Of a stretch of DNA of 64,000 bases, positions 1 through 13,800 are shown piece after piece (position 1 is the stretch's first letter; every line of letters starts with the position of its first letter). Both the position numbers and the translations under genes were made by a program. This stretch comes from Amoebophrya sp. A120 (taxonomy: Eukaryota > Protista > Dinoflagellata). The notes beneath the pieces are model-generated. The model had not been told where the DNA came from, made no database searches, and worked only from the letters and a program-made list of their open reading frames with translations. The stretch spans positions 4,285,760 to 4,349,759 of the forward strand of contig CAJINV010000006.1 in the NCBI GenBank assembly GCA_905178155.1, in the 5' to 3' direction.

Positions 1-51
1 ACTCTAAAAATATCTGGAGCACATATTAAGCCAATTTTCCCCTGCCGGATA

Positions 52-3000
52 CGCGACGGTGTGACGGCGCAGACGGGGTACCGGGAAAATTTGAAGCAAA
101 ATCTCCCGATTTTGTCTTTCGCGCTGGAGGATTTGGGCGAGGAGAGTTTTTATCAAATGCAAAAATGTCTGGGTCTGGAAGAATGCGAGTTTGTCATGCT
201 TGTCTGGCGTGACTCGACAATCTGTGTTGTATAGGGACGAAAAGGCCCCCTTACCTGTCATGCAAAAACGCAGTTTGCCATGCGGAATACGTAAGACATG
301 GCAGCCAACAAATTTGTCATGCATAGGTGCGCATCTTTGCAGTGCGTTTATCATTCACTTTTAGCATTAGACCCAGACATATTTGCAATCCATAGTTTTC
401 TCACCTCAACACCAGCCTCGGAGCAGCTGCAGCCGTCTTCTTCTGACGACGGAAGAAATATCGTCGGAGATGAAGTTGAGGTGGATCAACATCACCATGA
501 TGGCCATAATCAACATCTGCTAGATGAATATTACCAAACCCCCGCAACTAGAGGTACATCAGCTGCAACTTCTTCTACCCGATTGCAACTCCCGCTGGCT
601 CATTTGGTGCTCTGTGACGAAAGCAGTGCTAAAAGTGGAAGCGCTTCTCCTGCTCGTGCTATCTCTTGCTACCTCGCGCTCAGCTGCGCGGGTGGTTGTG
701 AAAGAAATAATGGGGATCATCTTGTTCACAGCGGAATAAATGACGGCTCTAGAAGAAGAAGTAATGGAGGTGACAGCAGCAGCGGTGCAGAAGCAGATAC
801 GCTCCAGGACAATGACAACGATGGGATTCCGCAGACCGGGTCTTTTCTCTCCGACGACGGCTCTGTATCAATTGCAAATGATATGTCTGGGTCTAGAAAG
901 CTGTGATGCTGTATTGCGCATGACTGCAACGCTTGCAGTTGCAGCCAAGCATGACAAACTTTCGGGCCGCTTTCTGCTGCCCGACGCGCATATACGAGTT
1001 GCGTTATTTTGCGTAACAAGGGAAGGAGCTGCTCACTTGCTGCTCATGCAACACAGGTTTCCCAGGAATGCAAGACACGCATTACAAGTTCCACCTTTAT
1101 TGCAGACCCAGACGTATTTGCAACGCACACTTCGACGACAGCATCGATTTGTCGGCGCAGCACATCTCCTTCGGCAGTCTCGCGGTGTCCGCATTTGAGA
1201 AGCTGGTTTTCAAGCAGAACTATCGAAAAGAAAAATCCCCCCTCCCCATATCAAAACGAAATTTCTGATGCTGGATTTGTGTACACAAATCCGAGCTGTC
1301 TTGCTGGAGAGCACTGCAGGCCCATACCAAGTGCGAGTAGAAGCGTTTTGGCTTAAGCACTTGACATGAAAAACGTCCGCGCTGTAGGCCCAACAGCATG
1401 ACAAACCGTCTGCACAGTGCGGCGGTTGTCTCCGCAGTTGCGTTCTTATGCAAGACAGACACGATTTGTGATCACAAATCAGCATCACAAATTTCCAAAA
1501 ATATACCTTTTCAGTATGGGAAGGGCGGATTTTTCCTTTCAATAAGAACCGGGTAGGGTTTATGCTCCTTACTCGACAAGACGAAGGAACTACATCGAGT
1601 TTCAACGACGAGAACGCGAAGACCAGTCAGTGGGGGCACACACGACCAGGCGCTGTAGTTTCAGTGGCCGAGGAGCACCACCAGGATCTTCCACGTGGTA
1701 CCAGTGGTAGTTCTCCAACCGCGTCTACCGTCGGTATTACCCCCTCATTCGACTTGCAGCAGGAGCAGCAGCCAACAGAAGGACCAAGAACTTTTCACAT
1801 CCCCATCGCGGCGACGCCTTTCGCCGATCCTCGTGGGGAACAGTCACGACCAAAAATGGCAGTCACTCGTCGTCCGTGGCAAGAACAGGTTCAAGGCACA
1901 GGGCAACCTCCTGCTCCTGCTAGTGCTCCGACTTCCACAGGCGGTATGCAAGAAAATAACCGTGTAAAAAGTGTAAGTATAGTGTATCATGATGCAGAAA
2001 GTGCAAAACTGGTACACTTTTCATGCCACGAAGTCCTCTTTTCCTGTAAGTTTTCACGTGCTAGCTGTGCATGACAACTTTCTTTTCTGTCACGCGGAGC
2101 AAGTTTGTTATGCTGTCCTTCCAAGACGCCTACACGGACACATTTTTTTTCTTGGATAAGCGGTGGTTCCAGTGGCCGCGAGGACACCGCCAGCGCGACC
2201 GTATCAAATGCAAAAATGTCTGGGTCTGGAGGATTTCTAAATTTGTCATGCATATTTTGCATGGCCCATGGTGTCTGTGATGCATGCCGTAGCATCACAG
2301 TTTTTTAGAGCGCTTTGTGATACCTCTACCGCATGAGAAATGCCCTCTCCGCGTAGCACAAACTGCAGTCCTCTTGCTGGTCATGCAATACAAATTTTTT
2401 TAGAATCCAGAGACAGCATCACAGGTGTAGAATGTTCCAGACCCAGACATATTTGCATTTGATAGGTCGAAGATCCCTACAAAAGCCTCTTCGATCGGCT
2501 GTTTGGAACGAGCGGGATTAGTAAAAGTTCCGCAGACCATGACCAGGCACCGAGCGACAGCTTCTCCTCCGGAAGGAGCCAAAATGCTGGCTTTAGAAGT
2601 AGTACCAATTACGCCAGCGACGGCGCTTTGGACGAGGAAGAGCCTGTACTAGGTATCAAACAAAAAAGTGTTAGCCTTAGCGGTTTGGGTTTTCACAAAT
2701 GGCAGTCATGCATAATAAAAATTTTGCCTTCCATGCATGCTACGCAATACAACTTTGGGCACCTTTTCTGATGCGTTACTGCATCACCAATTCCGTTAAC
2801 GTTAACACTTTTTCTTGTGATACTAGGACTCGGGCCGCAGCTCTCGTCGAACGTCAACACCCTTGGGCGGCGGAGAACGAATAGGAGGGACGAAGAGGGC
2901 CTGCATCAAACTTCTAGTAGACTAGCCACTGATGATCATATGCAATTACAGAAATCTTCCGTACATCTACATGTACAAAATGCATCACAAATTTCACCAA

Positions 3001-4981
3001 CTTAGAAGAAGCAACTTGTCACGCTGAAAGGGTTATTTCAATGAAAAGTTTGGGATGCAGGAGCTCGATTTGTACTTAGTTGTACGTGTACAGGAAATTT
3101 ACTGTGGATAGACCATACTACGGAAGAAGAAGATGCAAGAATACAACGCTCGCTGTCGCAGTTGCGCAACGATGATTTTGCAACGCTCTTTCCCAAACAC
3201 CTAAACGACTACGGGCTGAGCTCTTGGCGGGTGCTGGTGGTGCAGTATGCTGGCACTGAAAAAGACAGGCAAGAAGGGGGTTTTGTAAAATGCAAAAAGA
3301 AAGACCACTAAGACTACGCGACAGCAAATCAAAATCGATCTTGCGTATACTAAAAAATGGCATGCTGATGAGAGATTTTTCTGTTATATTGTTTTTGCAT
3401 TGCAAAAACTTCAATGTCCTGCCTGCTTTTTTCTGTGCGATACACAGAAGCTGTTCGGGTTTTTTCTCGAGAGAAGAAATAGCAGCCACCGGCGCCTGCA
3501 GCTCGGAGTGTCGGACCACCGGGTGCGACATTATGATCATGGGATGATCAACTTCGCAGACCGCGGCCGTAGAAGCGATCGCACTACTTCGTCTAGGGTT
3601 CCGTCCTTTATACCCCTCGCGGCCGGCCCCGAGATCGACTTCAGGAATCCTATGGAAAGCCTGCAGAAGATGCTGGCGCAGCTGAGTCGGCGGGGCGACG
3701 TCGAGCCGGAATCCACAATAAGTGCGGGGCAGGGCCAAGGCAATGCTAGTCCACCCTCGCCAGAGGTGGTGGACGGGGCTAGAACAACAGTGTTGCCGTC
3801 ACAGAAAGACGACGACGACGAGGATGATGCTGCGAGAGAAACAGAACTCGTCTCGTCCCACGACCCGCCTGTGCTCTACTACACGCGGGGGCACAAAATG
3901 ATCGTGCGAGAGAGCACGAAATTCTGCAGCGCGACGGTTCACTGTGCCGAGGCGCCAAACGGCGTATCAACTGCAAATGTCCCTGGACGTCTGGAAGAGT
4001 GTAAGCTTGTCACGCAGGTGTTCCATGACCCATGAGGTCTGGAATCATGCGGGACCTAGCATGACAGACTCTGATGTGAGGTCTCTGTCATGCCAATCCT
4101 GCATGGGAAACGCCCTCCCAACTTGGTCGAAAGTGGACAGCTTTTGGTACTTTTGCAACACAAATTGAAATTTTTGCATGATTCGGATTTAGCATAACAA
4201 GTTACAACCTTCCAGACCCGGACTACATATTTGCAATGCATACGGCGACGAAATCTACGACGCGACGTTAAATCGGTGCGTTCTATTGCAAGAAAAAAAC
4301 TGTGTAAGTGTAACTTTGTGTTGCAGACGATGCAAGACACTTAGACCTGTCATGCTGGAGATGCATCAGAGGCTCTCTTCGTACGTGTTTTCACGTGCTA
4401 GTTACGCATGACATGTCATGCAGAGCAAACTTGTGATGCTATTCCTCCAAGAAAGTACACACTTACACTGTTTTTTTCTTGCATACTTTCCAATGCCTAT
4501 GGATTGCAAATGTGTCTGGGTCCACCTCTGGAGTAAACTTGTGTTGCTCGCGCTTGCATTGCAGAGTAGCCACTTGTACGGCATACGAGCATGGGAAATC
4601 AGTATGCTGGGGCTCACGGCAGATTCATTCCTAACACGGATGGGAAACTGGCGCCCAGCAGCACAACAAAGATGTAGAAGAAGAACTTGCTCACTCGTAC
4701 TCAGGCACTACTACAGATCTTGTTGTCCATCTCTAGAATTGGAATTCGCATCAGAGCTCCAGACCCAAATATATTTGCAGTGCATGATGCCCTGCGCGCA
4801 GTTGTACTTCTTCGCGACATTCAACGGTGACACGAAGCGCTGCGAGGTACGGGGCAGTGTGTACGTGGTGCTCGGGGTGTCACTTTTTTTGCTCGTTGCG
4901 TTTGAGCTGTTTGGCTACTTCGGAATTTACCGAAAAAGGGTTCTGGGGCACAGGAGCATTGTGAATCAACATGGGAGATAA
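52..4981 (+). CDS. 5'-partial gene for a low-complexity protein with a small Cys-containing domain and a C-terminal transmembrane helix (single-pass membrane protein); 11 introner introns
   Basis: One open frame results after removing elements 151-394, 866-1129, 1221-1544, 1945-2158, 2202-2464, 2654-2822, 2939-3110, 3246-3442, 3965-4242, 4284-4485 and 4498-4786, each plus one 5-bp repeat. It ends ...YDATLNRCVPMPCAQLYFFATFNGDTKRCEVRGSVYVVLGVSLFLLVAFELFGYFGIYRKR...HGR* (TAA 4979-4981). Confidence 0.8.
151..394. mobile_element. Introner family A representative (about 250-290 bp; TIR TAT-N7-AAA(A/T)ATGTCTGGGTCTGG); the most abundant family, more than 30 copies in the window
   Basis: TSD GTTTT/GTTTT. 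Other copies include 2202, 3965, 11415, 11819, 13238, 13535, 15836, 22470, 27768, 32498, 34213, 45863, 53049, 58937 and 60826. Confidence 0.95.
1221..1544. mobile_element. Introner family B representative (about 305-330 bp; TIR TAT-N7-AAAA.TCCCCCCTCCCCATA)
   Basis: TSD AGAAC/AGAAC. Also 12137, 22874, 30652, 36120, 55727, 56513, 58179 and 63930. Confidence 0.9.
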
Positions 4982-7497
4982 GTTTACTAGGGAGGCGGCT
5001 TTTTTTCTTTGTGCTTTGTGAACACGACTGTAATATGCTCTTCTGATCATGAGGAACGAGAAAATCGCCTAGGTACCGAATTTTTCTTTCTTTGAATGTG
5101 CAACATCCTGTGAATCTGTATCTACTAAACTCAGGCTGGCTACTGTAGTTGCAACTGGTTATCTGGAAGAGACGCGACGGAAGTCGGAGCGAGAAGAAAC
5201 ACTCCTGAAAAACGATCGGATGTTTTTCGTTTTGCTGTTGTTCTCTTCAGACGTCTCGATCTCGTCCCAAGAATCGTTGCGCAGGTGATCATTCCAAGTA
5301 TCCTGCAGAGGATCTTTTAGGAACGTACGAGAAAGAGCAGATCTGATTCGCTTTATAACCCCGCGGAGCTGTTGATGAACGCAGTCGCGGAAAGGTAGAC
5401 AGTATGGATCGATGAGATCTTTTGTGCACCAGTAGAGAGCAAGATCAAACGAAAATCTTCACAGGAGCGACATCTTTGTTTCTCTTCTGGTGCAGGTCCT
5501 GAGTTCACGACGCACGGCAGTTCCGCACCGTTAGCAATACGAAAGAAGGTGATGACTTCCAGGACTTGTATAGATAGTAGATCCGAGCGGATTCATGTCC
5601 GCGCCGACGAACTACTCCAAATTTTAGTTTCAGCCTTGTCTGATAGGTAAAGCAATCAAGGAAGGATAGCATCACAAGTTTTGAATTTGCACGTAGTGAG
5701 TCGCTTCTTTTGCGAGCATGCAGGCAGATAACTACTTATCATGATGAAGGAATTTTTCACGTTCCTTTCGGAGATTTTTCGAAACAAGGACGAGAAACGA
5801 AAATTGGCAAGTATTAGTTTCTGATGAAGATGAGCATAATGTGCGGTAAAAATGGTCGCGTACAGTTGTAACGCGCACTGTACAAGAAGAAGAAGTGAGT
5901 TGCAGCTCTTTTTACTCAAATAGCATACGATATAAAAATTCACCATGATGACTCGTCCTCTTATATCGCAATGCTTTGTCATGATTCGTGTTTCTGACGG
6001 AGCTGATGCAAAATGGGATTCCCCTCCTGATGAAATAAGCGCTTTGCAGTTTTTGATGTGCAGGTCTGCATGCAGGATCAAGCCTAGCCGCGGCCGTACC
6101 CCGACTAGAGAAGATCAAAATTCAAGCGACCGCTTCACCGACGAATGCACCTGAATATTTAGTACAAAACAAGTCTAATGATGATTGTTCCAAACTGTCT
6201 TTTGTGCTGTGGTTTCGCCTAGTGCACTGAGCCCGCCGCCGGGCGGACGGTTTTTTCGCTCGGCAAGAAAAGGGCTCTACTGCCTGCGGAGACCTTGACA
6301 ATCTGAAGACTTGTGACGCAATCCAGGATAAAGCCCAGCCTTGTTCCTGCTGGTCTGGTGCGGGAGAGAGTACAAAACGTAAATACAGGATGAGCACATT
6401 TTAGGTTTGGTGAGCTTGGTCCTCTTCCGGAGGCACCATCACTGAGCAACGCAAACTCATGAGATTTCTGCCTGATAAAGCCTAGGAGGATCTTCATGTG
6501 CAGAAACAAACTTCAGCCATTTTTGTGAAAAGGGTAACACGAAGCGGCTACAGGTGTCGCATCGGAACTGCAAAATGTCATCTCCTGAGGATCGATAAGT
6601 AGCAATGTGTACTGTGATCATGTGACAAGGAACATCAGCGGCCATGGTACGTTGGTGGACTCAAAAATAAATATCGCCGCCATTCACTAGGGTGCACGGC
6701 AGAGCTAGTGTGAGCTGCTTTCCGCAACATTATTGCGTTGATGTTCTCAAGACGGCGGGACTGGCCCATCGCGCGCCAGCGTAGTAGTTTTTGACAAAAC
6801 ATTATAGAAAAAAGTCCTTCGTTTCGCTACAATATGTGAGGCATCGTATCGTGCAAAAAGAGGCAAGGGTAAGTATCACTCTACGCAGACTTTGTTCCAG
6901 CCTGAAAAAGAAAACTCGTCAATTATATCTTGCAACTGGTGTGGTCTCTTGTCCTTCATCGTGCGGGTGTCTATCTTCTTGCATCGTACTTCTGATCTCT
7001 CGCTCGTCGTCGAAGCACCTCGTTGCCCAGCAACCCCTAAACGAATGACCACTTTTTGAGCAGTCGTAAGTATTCATTTTTGATTGGATGTATCCTGAAG
7101 GCCACTCCTCGTGTTGGTCAGTTCTGCACGTGCACCACATCTTCGTTCTCGTTTACTGGTAAGGGAAGGCGATGTCCTTGTCTAAGTACTTATTTCTATC
7201 TCGACCTCCTCCCGTCTCGACCGGGTGACACGATTTTTCGAAATGTCGTTTACTTTATTCGAGTTTCAATTTCCTACTTCAGCCGAGAACGTGTTTTTGT
7301 TTCGAGTAATATATAAACTACAGGGTTGATAAGAAAGCAGACTACCTACACCCAGGTGGTCCAACATCATCACTACACAACTTGAAGTCGCGGCTTCTTT
7401 TCAAGCAGACGTTCTCCTAAGACAACAACCACTCCCTTTGTGGTTCGAAGTAAATTTGTAGCGGAAGTAGAACACGAGCGACCGCTGTGAACAAATC

Positions 7498-8435
7498 ATG
7501 CCGAAGAAGACTACCACCTTGCTCGCCGGCGCGCAGGTCGCGGCGGCTTTGAAGCAGGCCGGCGAAGAGGGCGACGGGCAGTTGAAGACGGCGAAGAAGT
7601 CCGTCGAGGGAGGGGCGGTCGGCGTCGTCCATTCCCCGCGCACTGCGAAGATGCTGGAGGACCGGGCAGGTACAAAGTTTTTTTGTTCGGATGACTTTCA
7701 TCATGGGCGCACGCTCTCGACGCGTATTGAAGACTTAAAAGTACTATATTGGGTACTTAAAATTATTGATGACCTTAGCGTTGTCGTGGTAGCTCTACTT
7801 GCCAACGTGGGCTTGGCCAGATCGTTTGCTTTTTTGTGTACGACCGTAGAGTTTATTTATTTCCTTCTTTTCCATGCTCAGGTAAACGCAAAACGGCGGG
7901 AGGCACGAAGACGCAGACGTTCAATGGCCTGGGAAGACCCGTGGCGACTGGCGCCGATGGAGGGTTCCTGCAGGTGGTCCAAGGAGAAAGCCGGACACGC
8001 TCCGGCAAGAGGAAGAAGAGGGACTGCAACTGGGGCCCTTGGACGCATGTCAACTGGTTGCGGGGGAGTTTCCTTGGAGAGGCGGAGCAGCTTCTAGACT
8101 GTGGTGAAGGTCAACCGCTTTATTGGAAACATGCCGACGATGGCCTGATGGTTGTCTGTCTCGAGTCTTGCGCTGCAGTCGATTGCGAGCCAACGGACCA
8201 GGACCTTGAGGACGCGCAAATCGATAGGAAAGGTTGGAAACCGTGGTGCGCAAACAAGCATTGGTTTGCGGAGGGTGGCAACCCCAGCAGTGGGATTGGT
8301 CGCAGCGAGCAGCAGTGTGTTTGGCAGGACGAAAAATGCCAGGCGTGCGACTGGCACGCCGCAGCGTGCACGGTTCCTGGTGACGACGGATTATCTGGCG
8401 ATGCAGAAGCAGCTGCTCAAGAAGCAGCTGTTTAG
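7498..8435 (+). CDS. Hypothetical Cys/Trp-rich protein, two exons, one canonical GT-AG intron (7670-7881)
   Basis: ORF 7498 joins ORF 7836..8435 in frame across CAG|GTAC...CTCAG|GTAA (EDRA-GKRKT). Both exons are GC-rich and the intron is AT-rich. No family recognised. Confidence 0.55.
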
Positions 8436-10819
8436 ATGGATGGACTTCTAGAGATGGTGCATTTTACGTATTTTACCGGAAGCGTTATATTTTCAAAGAG
8501 TTGTAATTACTTTCACACAGTCTCGAAATTGAAGATTTCCAGCTTTTCTTAAGAGTTCCATGATCAATTCATTTTTACAATTTCACAGTTTCCGCTTCGA
8601 AATAGAAGACTTCCAGCTTCTCACGTCAGGTTGGGTTCCGAATTGCCAACTTGCAGCCCTTAAAGTCTAAAAACAAATGTACAAGCCGCAGCATATTACA
8701 AGAGGAAACACCCAAAATGCAAAATGCCGAAGCGTTCACATTTTTGGCTATCGCCGGTCCCACCCAGACTGAGGGGTTTTGCCCTAAAGTCGCAGCCTAC
8801 CATCTTCTAGTCAAAAGCAGGCGCGCAAGCTATACAAGTATCACACCCGCCACCAAAGGAAAGATCCGGGCCTTTTTGTGATTGTGTCTTTCTTGCTGGT
8901 CTAGCGCACTGCGTGTTTTTTTACCACCCTGCTCGGATTGATTTCATTTCTATGTCAGCTTTAGTACGACCACACGATTTCCGTCTTTTCATCTTGCCAC
9001 CACTGCAGCTACGCTGATAACATTTTTTTTGTAGGCTACTAAATCATCAGGAAGAGAAAAGTAGCACACAACAAAAGCAAGCATCTTGGCAGCTACAGTG
9101 AGTATAGCCTGTGGAATGCACCAGAGGCTTAAGAGGATGGACGAGCCCGGTGTTTTACATGTTACCACCTTCAGATTTCTACAACTTTGATATAGTTTTT
9201 CTTTTTTGTCAATCTACGTCTAGCATGTTATGTAGGATGTTTCAGCCCCACCTGAGTCGGCTCGAAGAAAAGTCTACCCTTCTGACATTTGCGTACAAGA
9301 GCCTTGTAGAAACTTCTTTTCGTATTTTGCAACAAATTTACTTGCTACTACAGAATGAGGCGCGTTTCTAATCATGACACCGCCTCGCGCCTTAACCTGT
9401 AAGTGTGAAAGTACGAAAGGAAGAACATTTTTATTTATTGCTAGCGCCCCGCGGCACGGTCCGCGGCCTCCGCGCGCTGGCCAGAAGATTTTCATCTTCT
9501 CGGGATCTTGAGCTAAGTAAATTTCTACCCTTCAAGATATATTTTTGTCCGCGCAATATCCTTGCAGCAAGACGTTGATGCTTTTTTACTAGCCGTGCTT
9601 AGAAGACGAAGATGAAGCACAGGAAGTACTACTTTGCAAATCCTACTGACGCAGGTGCTGAAGAAACGCAAAAAAATTCCGTCGAGTCAATAAGTACTTC
9701 TGCACACCACCTTAAGCCAAGTGTTACTGTAGGCGAAGAACAAACTCAAACAGTATGAGGCTAGTAAAAAGATAAACTGTCACACCGGAACTGCAATGAA
9801 TTCATCGCGATTATTTTTGCATTGTGACCATGCTACTTCTACATCAGCATCTTGTTGGACTCGCGATTTTGAAAAACATTTTTTGTACTTACTTGGGAAT
9901 AGAACTAGAAGGTCTGTGGCATGGCAGTTCCACTGTGAGCTGTGTTGGTCAGCTGCACTTGTCCTGATTACACCAGGAGAAAAGTTGATGTTGTGTTCCG
10001 TTTGTTTCCCACCAGCGTGGTGGTGTGCTCGGTGGCGGGCAGCATGGCCGTAGATCATATTGTCGACGGTAGTTCTGCTATAAAAGGGGCGCTATTTTTT
10101 CGTTTGAGGCACGAGAGCATACAGCATGGTAATTGCAGGTGACTGAAGAATGACCTACTGGAAAGTGATCACTTTGGAAGTTGTTCTTTGGTGAGTTTGT
10201 CCGTGTACCGGATGCAGCATTGATCACCGCAAACTCGTGTTGAGATTTCTAGTACCTCGTTAAACTTTGATTGGCGCAGCTGCAACATCAAGAGCGAAAT
10301 CTGCGTCGGTTTCTGTTGGTTTATTGCGACTGAATAAAAGGGTTGGGTCCAACATCGAGTCGTCATCCACCTAGACGACGGAGCCGCAGCTCAAGTTGTA
10401 AGGATCCATTTCTTGTACCAACATCGCGCACTTTTTGTCGGTCACTGCAGTCTTAGTGTATGGCCCACCGCTACCACGAGATCCGAGACCCGTAGTGTAC
10501 TTAAATTGCCAAAGAAGAACGAAAAAATTTTGTTCGTTTCTTGACCCAGATCCGCAGCAAAAATCTTTGATGATCCCTCGACAGCAGTCGCATTTTTGTG
10601 GCCCACTGTCAGTGTGAAAGCTACGACTTTGTCTTCACCCTTGTTGTGCATCGCGATTTGCTCCATTAGCAGTGCTTCGCAGAATTGGTTTTGCCTCGCA
10701 CCGATTCACTTTATTTCTCTTCCTTGAGTACATAAAAGCTAGTTTGTAAGTATTCCAAGAGTGCTAGTGCTTCGCCCTACTCGGCGTGGTTTCTATCCAG
10801 TCAAAGTCAAACCAGGAAA

Positions 10820-13800
10820 AATGACGGCTCGGACAACCGTTTCCGTTTCTCCTCCTCGCGAAACCAAAGCGAACGAAGTTCGCGCTGCAGGAGAGAAAGC
10901 AACGCCCTTTCCGGCGGGTGGACCTCATGCTGTGGAAGAAAAAACCACCGTACTTGAGCCGAAAGTTTACGAATTGACACTACCTACAACTGCGTCCGCT
11001 TTCAGCAAGAAAAAATCCGGTGCGAGCTGCAACGACAGCACCAGCAGACCGTACCAAGCCATCCTCCGCGTGTCCAACGTTGGCGCACGGTATAACCTGC
11101 TCAGGTGTTACAATCTCAACCGTTGAAATAGAGTCTGAGACTTGTTTTGCACGATGAGCATGACAGACTCGCAGAGCGTTCCACTTTCTGCAATACAAAT
11201 CTCGCCGGATTGTAGTGGGGTTTGGGGCTCCCGCTGCGGAACTTGTCATGCGCATTTTATGAGAGTTGGCTAGATCATGCGCTCTTGCATTCTATTCGTA
11301 ACGTTTGAAATTGTAACACCTGAGCGAGTTATACACGGATTCTGGACCTTCTAGTGGAAGACAGAAACGGCGACCTGGTGGACGTGGCGGTGGGGCACGA
11401 AGATTTTTTGGAAATATCAAATGCAAATACGTCTGGGTCCTCTGGAAGAGGGCAAACTTCTCATGCAAATTTTCCATGCCCCATGAGGTTTGGAATGCAG
11501 GACCTAGCATGACAGGTTCATCTGCGACATCATCTCTATCATGCCTATCCTGCATGACAAACTGCCTCTAAACTTGTACAAAAGAGGACAGCTTTTGCTA
11601 GTCCTGCAACACAAATTTATGTACGGTCCAGACTTAGCATGACAAGTTCGCGCCATCCCAGACCCAGACATGGTTGCAATGCATAGGAAAAGGCGAAGAA
11701 CCATTTCAGAAGGACTCAGAACCCTCGTACCACGAGAACCGCAGAAGGAGCCACGGCTGGTGGTGCTAGTAGTGGCTCTTCTACAACTTCTACCTCTAAT
11801 TTCGACCTCCACTCCGACTACCAAATGCAAAAATGTCTGGGTCTGGAACTTGTCATGCTGTTTTTGATTCGAGAAAAATTTGTATTGCGTGACCAGCAAG
11901 GGGGTCCAGTTTGTGCTACGCAGACAGGGCATTTCTCATGCGGAAGGTGCATCAGGAAGCCCTCTAAAAGTCTCTGATGCTAGGTCATACATTACAGGCA
12001 CCATGGGCCATGAGAAATATGCATGACAAATCTTGCATCCTTCCAGACCCAGACATATTTGCAATCCATACCGATTACTTTGGCGCAACGTGCGGCCGCG
12101 TCGCGAACCGCATTTTTGAAGGGAAATACCTTGATGTATTGAAAGGAAAAATCCCCCCTCACCATACCGAAAAGGTACACTCTTGGGAAATTTGTGATGC
12201 TGATTTGTGGTCACAAATCGTGTCTGTCTTGCAAGAAGGCAACTCCAGAGACAACCGCCACACTGTGCAGACGATTTGTCATGCTGTTGGGCCTGCAGCG
12301 CGGACGTTTTTCATGCTAAGCGCCTAAGCCCGAACCCTTCTACTCGCCCTTGGTATGGGCCTGCAGTGCTCTCCAGCAAGACAGCGCGGATTTGTGTACA
12401 CAAATTCAATTGAGCATCAGAAGTCTCGTTTTGATTTGGGGAGGGGGGGCGTTTCTTTTGGATATGATGACAGTATGGATTGTCACCGGCCGGAGGTGGT
12501 GGAACTGACGAAGAACGAGGAGCGGGTAGACGAGCGAGCAACAGGGAACGACGAGAGGATGAAAAACCGCCCGCATTACTATTTCGGGCACCTGCACGGG
12601 GGAAAGCGTGGCTTTCACGCCGTGGTTTGGGAAGAAGTGGTGGACGATCACGATTCGCCGGAAACTCAAGAACAGAATGGTCCGTCCTCGTGCCGGACAA
12701 AAATTACCTTCAAGCGTCTGAGCGAGGACGGCGAGGAAGGGTACCCTGTGCAAAAGTATCGTACTCGTATTGCAATCATGCATTTTACAAATCGTTTTGT
12801 TAAGGCAAATCCGCATTATTCTCATGCTGAGGAACTTTGTATTGCATTTCTACGAGTGCGATACATTTGCAAGTCATCAAGGGTACCCGGGGGCGGTGTT
12901 GTGCTTCGTGACCTACGAGTTGGCGGCGGTTACTCATGGAAAGGCCGATGCAGAAGCTTGTCTGAGCGAGATCGAGAAGGATAAAAAGAGCCAGCAAGAA
13001 GAAGAAACAACGAGTAGCGTGGTCAGCGTCTCCATCTCCTACCATGCGGAGCTTGTGAACGACGGTAGAAGAGTATCAACATCTGCTGGCTCAGTGAATT
13101 ATAAGCGGAGAAAGAACAACAAGGAAATCAACCTAAAAACCCCGATCAACCTGACTAACCACATCTTCTTCAACTTGTCCAAAAGCCACGACGAAAGTGT
13201 GCTGGGTCACGAACTGCAGCTGTCGGCGGATACTTACTATCAAGTGCAAAAATGTCTGCGTCTGGAAAAGTGTAAACTTGTCATGCAGATTTTTTATGAT
13301 CCATGAGGTCTGGAATGCAGGACCTAGCGTGACAGACTCCGCGAGGTCTATGCCTATCCTGCATGAGAAAACTCCATCCTAACTTGGTCAAACGTGGACA
13401 GCTTTTGGTACTCATGCAACACAAATTTTTACATGATTCAGATTTACCATGACAAGTTGCCACCTTCCAGACCCAGACACTTCTGCATTTGATACTTACC
13501 TCCCTGTGAATCCGGTCTCCCTCGTGCCGACCGGTATCAAGTACAAATATGTCTGGGTCTGGAAGATCATTGCGAGGTTTGTCATGCTAGTCTGGTGGCA
13601 TAACTCGGGAGTCTGTGAAGATGCATAGACACGAAAAGATCCTCTTACCTGCCATGCGAAAAGAACGCAGTTTGCCATGCGGAAGACGAAACACATTAGC
13701 AGCTCAAAAAACTTGTCATGCGCGGCGGCGTATCTGCCTATAGTTGATTTTTAGCATAATTACATCCTTCCACACCCTCCAGACATATTTGCAATGCATA

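Noticed and set aside
1-51. Possible right end of an introner (…CCTGCCGGATA)
   Set aside because: The left TIR and TSD lie outside the window, so it cannot be verified.
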